Below are positions 10,601 through 17,758 of a DNA stretch of 64,000 nucleotides, piece after piece (positions within the stretch are counted from its first letter, which is position 1; each line of letters starts with the position of its first letter). The position numbers and the translations under genes were made by a program. The DNA lies in assembly GCA_033761915.1 (NCBI GenBank), contig JANRMC010000200.1:1007-65006 (forward strand), written 5' to 3'. The DNA comes from Flavihumibacter sp. (lineage in GTDB: Bacteria > Bacteroidota > Bacteroidia > Chitinophagales > Chitinophagaceae). The notes under the pieces are model-generated. The model was not told where the DNA came from. It saw nothing but the letters and a program-made list of their open reading frames with translations, and did no database searches.

Positions 10601-11427
10601 AGTTTGGGTTTAATGGTCGTTATTTATTTGCACGTTTAAGTATCGAAGTAGGTCAGTTAAAAAGCTGTAAAGCTCCTGCAAAACCAAAAGTGTTACCCCC
10701 TCCTCCACCAGTAGTGGTTGAAAAACCAAAAGATACAGACGGAGATGGTGTTTTAGATAAAGAAGACGCCTGCCCAGATGTGGCTGGTTTAAAAATATTA
10801 AACGGATGCCCCGATACGGATGGTGATGGTGTGGCAGATAAAGATGATGCCTGCCCCGCAGCACCCGGTCCCAAGGTATTTAATGGTTGCCCCGATAGCG
10901 ATGGCGATGGCATTGCAGATAAAGACGATAAATGTGCATACGTGCCCGGTATTGCAAAATACGGCGGTTGCCCGGTGCCCGATAAAGATAAAGACGGGGT
11001 ACCTGATGAAGAAGACAATTGCCCCGAAGTAGCTGGTGTGCTTGCTAACAAAGGCTGTCCCGAAATTCAGGTAGAAGCCATACGTAAAGTGGCGGTAGCG
11101 GCACAAAACATTTTGTTTACACCTGGCAAGGCAACTTTATTAAAACAATCTAACAAGCCTTTAAATGATGTTATTGACATTTTAAATCAATACCCCGATT
11201 TAAAATTGAATATTGAAGGACATACTGATAATACCGGCGATGCTGCTAAAAACCAGGCTCTGAGCCAATCAAGAGCAGAAGCTGTTAAAGCATACATGGC
11301 TGCTAAAGGTATTGCAGAAAGCAGAATGACTGCTGCTGGCTTTGGCCAGGATAAACCTGCTGCTGATAACAAAACAGCTGCCGGCCGTGCTAAAAACAGA
11401 AGAGTAGAATTAAAATTAGGTTACTAA
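7633..11427 (+). CDS. TonB-dependent receptor fused to four thrombospondin-type-3 repeats and an OmpA_C-like peptidoglycan-binding domain
   Basis: 1264 aa. The N-terminal part has a signal peptide, a CarboxypepD_reg-like domain ([25 protein letters not shown]), plug motifs ([50 protein letters not shown]) and a long barrel ending [14 protein letters not shown]. The C-terminal part has a Pro-rich linker ([17 protein letters not shown]), TSP3 repeats ([60 protein letters not shown]) and an OmpA_C domain ([30 protein letters not shown]...NRRVELKL). Confidence 0.9.
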   Translation: [1264 protein letters not shown]

Positions 11428-11443
11428 TTATAACACCCCTTTG

Positions 11444-11473
11444 AAAAGCCCCGCCATTAGCGGGGCTTTTTTT
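11444..11473 (+). terminator. rho-independent terminator of the TBDR-OmpA fusion gene
   Basis: AAGCCCCGC-CATTA-GCGGGGCTT followed by TTTTT. Confidence 0.85.
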
Positions 11474-11476
11474 ATT

Positions 11477-11638
11477 GGGGTAACCGGCAGTAACAACTCC
11501 GGTTGGGCATCGTTGCGTCGCACACTTCAGCTACAGAATTTCTGATTTGAGATTTTAATTTCAAATCAGAAATTTCAAATCTCAAATGTTGAAGTGTGCG
11601 ACGCAACGATGTTGCTGGCAGCACTGCTGCTGGTTACC
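11477..11638. repeat. palindromic element PE-4 (complete, TTCAGC subtype)
   Basis: Left: GGGGTAACCGGCAG...CATCGTTGCGTCGCACACTTCAGC (core 11508-11531). Right: TTGAAGTGTGCGACGCAACGATG (11589-11611)...CTGCTGGTTACC. The loop contains its own nested hairpin (ATTTCTGATTTGA/TCAAATCAGAAAT). Confidence 0.9.
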
Positions 11639-11665
11639 AAAAAGAAAAAATTATTAAGTAAGTTG

Positions 11666-11673
11666 TAGTTTTG
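11666..11673 (+). promoter_or_regulatory. Bacteroidota -7 box (TAnnTTTG) upstream of the GT9 gene
   Basis: TAGTTTTG lies 6 nt before ATG 11680. Confidence 0.35.
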
Positions 11674-11679
11674 CCCCGC

Positions 11680-12687
11680 ATGCAAAAAATACTGGTTATA
11701 CAAACGGCTTTTATTGGAGATGTGGTGTTGGCCACCGGCATTGTAGAAAAACTGCATAACCATTACCCCGCTGCAGCCATAGATTTTATGGTGCGCAAAG
11801 GCAATGAAGGCTTGTTGCAGGGGCATCCGTTTATTAATGAGGTGTTGGTGTGGAATAAAAAAGAAAACAAACTGCGGCATTTATGGCAGCTGCTGAAAAA
11901 AATACGCAGTAAAAAATACGATGCTGTTATAAATGTACAACGGTATGCAGCTACTGGTTTGCTAACGGCTTTTTCTGGTGCCAGATATAGAATTGGGTAC
12001 AATAAAAATCCGCTGAGTTTTTTGTTTACCACCAAAGTACCGCATCGTGTAAGCAGCGCTGCGCAACCCGTGCATGAAACAGAACGTTGTAATGATTTAA
12101 TTAAAGAATTAACGGATGCAGTGGTTATGAAGCCAGCTTTGTACCCCACAGAAGATGCATTTAATAAAGTGAATTTTTTACAGCAGCAACCGTACATTAC
12201 TATTGCTCCGGCTTCTGTTTGGTTTACCAAACAATACCCGGCGCCGCAATGGGCTGCCTTTATAAAACAAATACCGCCTGGTATAAAAGTGTATTTGCTG
12301 GGTGCGCCATCAGACAAGCAACTTTGCGATGGTATTATTAATGCATCCGGAAGAAGTGATATAACTCAAAACTGTTGCGGGCAGTTTAATTTTTTAGAAT
12401 CAGCAGCGCTTATGAAAAATGCGCTCATGAATTATGTAAACGATTCTGCACCCATGCATTTTGCCAGTGCTGTAAATGCACCGGTGGCTGCTATTTATTG
12501 CTCTACCGTTCCGTCTTTTGGTTACGGACCTTTAAGTGATAACAGTTATACCATAGAAGTGGCGGAGCAACTGGTTTGCCGCCCCTGCGGCGGACATGGC
12601 AGAAAAGAATGCCCGGAAGGTCACTTTAATTGTGGCTTTAAAATTTCACAACACCAATTACTGGCTGTACTTCCGGCTGCGGTATAG
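11680..12687 (+). CDS. glycosyltransferase family 9 (LPS heptosyltransferase-like)
   Basis: ORF track 11671..12687, with ATG at 11680 (MQKILVIQTAFIGDVVLATG). It has the GT9 N-terminal signature and a C-terminal DSAPMHFASA motif. Confidence 0.85.
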   Translation: MQKILVIQTAFIGDVVLATGIVEKLHNHYPAAAIDFMVRKGNEGLLQGHPFINEVLVWNKKENKLRHLWQLLKKIRSKKYDAVINVQRYAATGLLTAFSGARYRIGYNKNPLSFLFTTKVPHRVSSAAQPVHETERCNDLIKELTDAVVMKPALYPTEDAFNKVNFLQQQPYITIAPASVWFTKQYPAPQWAAFIKQIPPGIKVYLLGAPSDKQLCDGIINASGRSDITQNCCGQFNFLESAALMKNALMNYVNDSAPMHFASAVNAPVAAIYCSTVPSFGYGPLSDNSYTIEVAEQLVCRPCGGHGRKECPEGHFNCGFKISQHQLLAVLPAAV

Positions 12688-12703
12688 TTAAAGCTTCAAT
12701 CCT

Positions 12704-12711
12704 TACTTTTG
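12704..12711 (+). promoter_or_regulatory. Bacteroidota -7 box (TAnnTTTG) upstream of cca
   Basis: TACTTTTG lies 4 nt before ATG 12716. Confidence 0.35.
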
Positions 12712-12715
12712 CCCA

Positions 12716-14167
12716 ATGGATATTGTTTGCACAGAAAGAGAGTTGTTTGTTTTTAATAAAATTGCCCATGCTGCGTGGGAACTGCAATTACCCTGCTATT
12801 TGATTGGCGGTTTTGTGCGGGATAAACTATTGCAGCGTGCCACTAAAGACGCTGATATTGTTTGCGTGGGCGATGGTATAGCACTGGCACATAAAGTAGC
12901 AGAACGTTTTAACCCCAAACCCACCATTGCATACTTTAAAAACTATGGTACTGCACAAATAAAGTTAGAGTTTGAAAAAGAAGAAGGTGAAGGAAAAGAA
13001 GTTTTTGAAATTGAATTTGTAGGTGCCCGTAAAGAAAGTTACCAATACCATAGCCGTAATCCATCTGTTACCACCGGTACACTTAAAGACGACCAGGACC
13101 GCAGAGATTTTACAGTAAACGCAATGGCCATCAGTTTAAATGAAACAGATTTTGGAAAATTGATAGACCCGTTTAACGGCCTTACCGATTTATCTGGTAA
13201 AATACTACGCACCCCGCTGGAACCCTCCAAAACATTTAGCGATGATCCGCTGCGGATGTTGCGGGCCATCCGGTTTGCCGCCCAATTACAATTTACTATT
13301 GATGCGGTTACCTGGCAGGGCATATTACAAAATGTACAGCGCATAAAAATAATTTCGCAGGAACGGATTACCGAAGAGTTGAATAAAATTTTATTATCAA
13401 AAAAACCGTCAGTTGGTTTTGATCTGCTGTATCAATCGGGTCTGTTGCATATTATTTTTCCGCAGCTGGTAGACCTTGCCGGTGCAGAATATATAGATGG
13501 CAGGGGGCATAAAGATAATTTTTATCATACCCTGCAGGTAGTGGATAATATTGCTGTTAATACAACAGATTTGTGGCTGCTATGGGCAGCCTTGTTACAC
13601 GATATAGCCAAACCAGCCACTAAAAAATTTGAAGAAGGGCATGGCTGGACTTTTCACGGCCATGAAGTGGTAGGTGGCAGAATGGTACCAAAAATTTTTG
13701 CGAAATTAAAGTTGCCACAGAATGAAAAAATGCGGTTTGTAAAGAAATTAGTGGAGTTGCATTTGCGGCCAATCAGTCTTACCAAAGAAAATATAACAGA
13801 TAGCGCCGTACGCCGCCTGTTGTTTGATGCGGGCGAAGATGTGGATGCTTTAATGTTGTTATGCGAAGCGGATATTACTTCTAAGAACAAACAAAAAGTA
13901 AAACGCTACCTGGAAAATTTTGAATGGGTACGTAAAAGAATGGAAGAGGTGGAAGAAAAAGACCGGATACGTACCTGGCAACCACCCATTGACGGGGGTA
14001 TGATAATGGAACTGTTTAAGCTGCCTCCGGGTAAATTGGTGGGAATTATTAAAGACGCCGTTAAGGATGCTATTTTAGATGGTGAGATAGAAAATAACTA
14101 CGATGCAGCGTATGATTTTATGCTGCAAAAAGCCCGGGAACATGGCATAGAACCGGTTAGTAAATAA
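12716..14167 (+). CDS. cca: CCA-adding tRNA nucleotidyltransferase / poly(A) polymerase family with HD domain
   Basis: 483 aa. It has a nucleotidyltransferase head (GGFVRDKLLQRATKDADIVCVG, RRDFTVNAMA) and an HD domain (LLHDIAKP, HGHEVVG). Confidence 0.88.
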   Translation: MDIVCTERELFVFNKIAHAAWELQLPCYLIGGFVRDKLLQRATKDADIVCVGDGIALAHKVAERFNPKPTIAYFKNYGTAQIKLEFEKEEGEGKEVFEIEFVGARKESYQYHSRNPSVTTGTLKDDQDRRDFTVNAMAISLNETDFGKLIDPFNGLTDLSGKILRTPLEPSKTFSDDPLRMLRAIRFAAQLQFTIDAVTWQGILQNVQRIKIISQERITEELNKILLSKKPSVGFDLLYQSGLLHIIFPQLVDLAGAEYIDGRGHKDNFYHTLQVVDNIAVNTTDLWLLWAALLHDIAKPATKKFEEGHGWTFHGHEVVGGRMVPKIFAKLKLPQNEKMRFVKKLVELHLRPISLTKENITDSAVRRLLFDAGEDVDALMLLCEADITSKNKQKVKRYLENFEWVRKRMEEVEEKDRIRTWQPPIDGGMIMELFKLPPGKLVGIIKDAVKDAILDGEIENNYDAAYDFMLQKAREHGIEPVSK

Positions 14168-14200
14168 AGGGCCCGCTGGCTTTCAATACACATATTTCTG

Positions 14201-14208
14201 TATTTTTG
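14201..14208 (+). promoter_or_regulatory. Bacteroidota -7 box (TAnnTTTG) upstream of the pRiA4-like gene
   Basis: TATTTTTG lies 42 nt before ATG 14251. Confidence 0.35.
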
Positions 14209-14250
14209 AAAAGGCATTATGCCCTCCGTTAAATTTTATAAACATTCATA

Positions 14251-14817
14251 ATGGCTATCTTAAAGTTCAGGATTTATTTTGAGGAAGACGATACGGTTTA
14301 CCGGGATGTGGCAATACGGCACACCCAGTTTTTTTTAAACCTGCATCAGGCAATTTTAAAGGCTTACGAGTTTGACAGTAAACATCAGGCTACTTTTTTC
14401 AGAAGTAACGATAACTGGCAGCGTGGTAAAGAAATTACTTTAGAGAAATATGATAAAGTCTATAAAGCTGAACCTTTATTAATGGATGCAACCACTATTG
14501 GCTCAGAAATTTATGACCCCAATCAAAAGTTTGTATATGTATACGACTTTACCAAGAACTGGACTTTTATGGTAGAGTTAATTAATGTATCAAAAGAAGA
14601 CAATCCGAGAATAGATTATCCCGCCGTAGTAAGAACAGAAGGCATTGCTCCTTCTCAGTACGGAACAAAAGGATTGGTAAACGATAAACTGGCCGAGATG
14701 GAGGAGAAGTATGATTTAAAAACCGGAGCGGAGGGTTTTGGAGAAGAAGGCGAAGAATCTGATGATGATGAAATGGGGCAGGAAGAGACGGGGGAAGAAA
14801 GCAGTGATGAGTTTTAG
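14251..14817 (+). CDS. pRiA4b ORF-3-like (PRiA4_ORF3/MM3350-like) domain protein with a polyacidic C-terminal tail
   Basis: 188 aa. ILKFRIYFEEDDTVYRDVAI...LHQAILKAYEFDSKH..FF and FVYVYDFTKNWTFMVELI match the family pattern (Y.YDFGD.W.H.I). The tail is EGEESDDDEMGQEETGEESSDEF. Confidence 0.6.
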   Translation: MAILKFRIYFEEDDTVYRDVAIRHTQFFLNLHQAILKAYEFDSKHQATFFRSNDNWQRGKEITLEKYDKVYKAEPLLMDATTIGSEIYDPNQKFVYVYDFTKNWTFMVELINVSKEDNPRIDYPAVVRTEGIAPSQYGTKGLVNDKLAEMEEKYDLKTGAEGFGEEGEESDDDEMGQEETGEESSDEF

Positions 14818-14853
14818 TTTTTCCATGCTGTCATTGAGTTCTGTACAAGCTTT

Positions 14854-15774
14854 ATGACTAAAAATAAAAATACCTGCATAGTAATTGTTGGTCCTACTGC
14901 TGTAGGCAAAACATCTTTAGCACTGGCATTGGCCAGACATTTTCATACAGATATTATTTCTGCAGACTCCCGGCAATGCTACCGGGAAATATCTATCGGG
15001 GTGGCCAAACCCACAGCTGATGAATTAAATTCAGTAAAGCACTATTTCATCAATTCACACTCTATTGCAGAAACCCTAACGGCTGCTGATTTTGAAAACT
15101 ATGCACTATCTGCCAGCAAAGAAATTTTTAATCAAAACAATATAGCAGTAATGGTGGGGGGCACTGGTTTGTATGTAAATGCCTTTTGTCAGGGGCTGGA
15201 TGCTATACCAGCGATTGATGCGGTAATACGCCAACAAATAAGAACAGGATATGAAAACTATGGAATAAAATGGCTGCAGGAGGCGATTGCAAAAAATGAC
15301 CCTGTTTATTTTTCAAATGGAGAAATACAAAACCCACAAAGAGTGATGCGTGCATTAGAGGTGGTATTAAGCACAGGTAATTCTATACGCTATTATCAGC
15401 AGGGTAATAAAGCAGCAAGAAATTTTAATTGCATTAAAATTGGTTTAAACCTGCCTAAACCTTTGTTGCATGAAAATATAAATAAGCGGGTGGATGGTAT
15501 GTTACAGGAAGGACTGGTTGAAGAAGTAAAACAGGTACTTGCATATAGAAATCACAACGCGTTGCTAACAGTGGGATACAAAGAAATATTTGCATTCTTT
15601 GATGGTGAGTATGATTTATTAACTGCTATAGAAAAAATAAAAATCAATACCCGTCAATATGCCAAACGACAAATAACATGGTTTAAAAAAGATGCAGAAA
15701 TTGAATGGTTTAACCCTTCAGAACTACAGTTAATACTGAAATACTTGTCTGGCCGGTTAGTAGAATTACGATAG
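14854..15774 (+). CDS. miaA: tRNA dimethylallyltransferase
   Basis: 306 aa with a P-loop (IVGPTAVGKTSLALALA), DIISADSRQCYREISIGVAKP and a MiaA-typical C-terminal YAKRQITWF. Confidence 0.93.
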   Translation: MTKNKNTCIVIVGPTAVGKTSLALALARHFHTDIISADSRQCYREISIGVAKPTADELNSVKHYFINSHSIAETLTAADFENYALSASKEIFNQNNIAVMVGGTGLYVNAFCQGLDAIPAIDAVIRQQIRTGYENYGIKWLQEAIAKNDPVYFSNGEIQNPQRVMRALEVVLSTGNSIRYYQQGNKAARNFNCIKIGLNLPKPLLHENINKRVDGMLQEGLVEEVKQVLAYRNHNALLTVGYKEIFAFFDGEYDLLTAIEKIKINTRQYAKRQITWFKKDAEIEWFNPSELQLILKYLSGRLVELR

Positions 15775-16038
15775 GGTGAATAAAACCCTTATGCCCCTTT
15801 AAAGAATGCGTTTAAACGCTTTTCTTTCTTCTGTTAATACTTGGAATAGCCCTTTTACTGTTAGAAATTTATATCAGCAAAACGAATTAAAGCAAACCGT
15901 TTTTAAGACCGTTTTGACTATGAAAAACCGTTGTTATTGAAATCCTATTTATCCAACATCCAGTGAAGATCCAAGAAGTCCAACATCCCGATGAATGAAA
16001 AACTGGCATCTGGTAACATGCCGTCCTTAATGTGTTAA

Positions 16039-16068
16039 GGCTCTTCTGCTAAAGAAGAGCCTTTTTTT
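16039..16068 (+). terminator. plus-strand rho-independent terminator 265 nt downstream of miaA
   Basis: GGCTCTTC-TGCTAAA-GAAGAGCC followed by TTTTTTT. The T-tract is on the plus strand only. Confidence 0.75.
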
Positions 16069-16087
16069 AAACAAACTATCTTAATCA

Positions 16088-17647
16088 TCAGAATTTAAAA
16101 CCTATGGTAGCAGCAATATTTCCGCCGCTGCCTTTCATGTAGGCAAAGGTGTTTGCTTTGTCGGGCAACCTGTACGGAAAGTTTACATCGCGGTTTAATT
16201 GATGTGTATAGGTAAGATCTGCAAAGATCCCTTTGTTACGATAACCCAAACCGCCGCTGATAAACATTCTTCTTCCTTTCAATTCTTGTTTTTCTTTGTA
16301 GGGGTTGCCATAATAAGCAAAGCCAGCCCTAGCCATTATGGTCTTAAACTTCAATTCACCACCGGCTCTGAAATTAAATGCTCCTTTATAATAATCTTTG
16401 ATGGCTGTATTTACCCCGTTGTAGTATGTATTATCATTCGTGGTCTCTGCCGTACTGTAACGGTTGCTTTTATAATTCACATATTCAATATCTGCTGTTA
16501 AAAAGCCTTTTTGTTTAGCTATATCTTCCACCTCTCTTAATACATAAGAGGCACTTAATAAAGCCCTCCATGGGTTTACAAGGTCATATTTATAGCTGGC
16601 CGCTCCGCCATTGGTAAACGTGCTGGTGCTTACGTTTACAATACCGGGGCTGGGGGGATAGTTCTCTGTATTGGTTGTCATACTGGCTTCATAAGTATCT
16701 TTTAAGCCATAAATGGTGGGAGAGTGCACCGCAAGGCCAATACGTACCTGATCGGCAGGTTTAAAAATGGCACCCAATTTAAGGTTCAGACCAATACCTT
16801 TTGTGGTATAGGTTTCTTTCAGTTCTGAATAGTCAAAATTATTGTTGGTGTTTCCGGTTGCATCTTTTTCTAAGAAGGTGCTGGTGCGCTCATAGTTTAC
16901 AATGGGTAAACCTACGCTGGCCCCTAAATAAATTTTATCATCCATATTGCTGGCAAAGCCTAAAGCCAGTTCGGTAATACCACCTCTTGTTTCTATACTA
17001 TTAGATTGTTCTGTTAAATAACCTGCACCATTTTTAAGGTTATTCCATAAAGCCATACTTACTATATCCTTGCCGGTATTGCCTGGTATGGTTAATGTGT
17101 CTATTAAGTAGGAGTAAACAGCCATGCGGGCTCCTAAAGAAACCGTATTGCTGTTTAAAACCTGATCCAGCGTTAAACCACTATTAGCAACTTCTGCAGC
17201 CCATTGTTCTCCATAGCTGCTAAAATTATTTCCGCCTTTATAAAATATTTTATTGTTGAAGTTGGCCGTACGGCTAACAGCAAGACTTACAGCAGTACTT
17301 GTCCATCGGCTGTAGCGGTTGCTACCTCCAAATACAAAACCACTGGTACCCAAATTAAACCCCTTGCCTTTATCACTGGCTTCAGAACCTCTGAAATTGC
17401 TTTTGTTTTTTATAAAAGAGAAGCCGGGAGAAAATACCATTTCACTGGTTTTAAAAAAACCGAGGCCCGCCGGGTTTACATAGGTGGCAGATATATCTCC
17501 GCCTAAAGAACCCATAGCACCACCAATAGCCTGGTTTCTTGCAGTACCATTAGGGGCATTCCACGAAAACTTAAGGGCATCTTCTGGTATTTGGGCAGCT
17601 GCAGCGGCCGTTATTAACACAAGGCTTAAAGTAATAATTGATTTCAT
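16088..17647 (-). CDS. FadL/TodX-like outer-membrane beta-barrel protein (Bacteroidota-type, function unknown)
   Basis: 519 aa with a signal peptide (MKSIITLSLVLITAAAAAQ). It has an N-terminal GTARNQAIGGAMGSLGGDISATYVNPAGLGFF hatch-like segment and a C-terminal beta strand ending IGFKF. Confidence 0.6.
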   Translation of the reverse strand: MKSIITLSLVLITAAAAAQIPEDALKFSWNAPNGTARNQAIGGAMGSLGGDISATYVNPAGLGFFKTSEMVFSPGFSFIKNKSNFRGSEASDKGKGFNLGTSGFVFGGSNRYSRWTSTAVSLAVSRTANFNNKIFYKGGNNFSSYGEQWAAEVANSGLTLDQVLNSNTVSLGARMAVYSYLIDTLTIPGNTGKDIVSMALWNNLKNGAGYLTEQSNSIETRGGITELALGFASNMDDKIYLGASVGLPIVNYERTSTFLEKDATGNTNNNFDYSELKETYTTKGIGLNLKLGAIFKPADQVRIGLAVHSPTIYGLKDTYEASMTTNTENYPPSPGIVNVSTSTFTNGGAASYKYDLVNPWRALLSASYVLREVEDIAKQKGFLTADIEYVNYKSNRYSTAETTNDNTYYNGVNTAIKDYYKGAFNFRAGGELKFKTIMARAGFAYYGNPYKEKQELKGRRMFISGGLGYRNKGIFADLTYTHQLNRDVNFPYRLPDKANTFAYMKGSGGNIAATIGFKF

Positions 17648-17758
17648 GCTGTAATATTATGTGCAAAAAGATATAATAAAGGAGGAACTCATTTTAAGTG
17701 AATACTCAAAACCAGTGTCCTCCTTTTTTATGTGTCCGTCCAAATGTTGTTATTATGT

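Noticed and set aside
10610-11106. Four overlapping ORFs (84-132 aa on the minus strand, 70 aa on the plus strand) inside the 3' part of the TBDR fusion gene
   Set aside because: They are alternative-frame or antisense readings of the repetitive GC-rich TSP3-repeat coding region. They give low-complexity Ser/Gly/Pro or His/Leu products, and the sense frame has clear domain signatures.
11575-11880. 101-aa minus-strand ORF spanning element PE-4 and the 5' end of the GT9 gene
   Set aside because: It is antisense to a well-supported gene, starts inside a repeat, and has no recognisable features.
17678-17726. Hairpin AAAGGAGGA-(31 nt)-TCCTCCTTT in the lipoprotein/OMP spacer, as an attenuator
   Set aside because: The loop is long and I cannot assess conservation. 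I mention it only in the finding on the gene pair.
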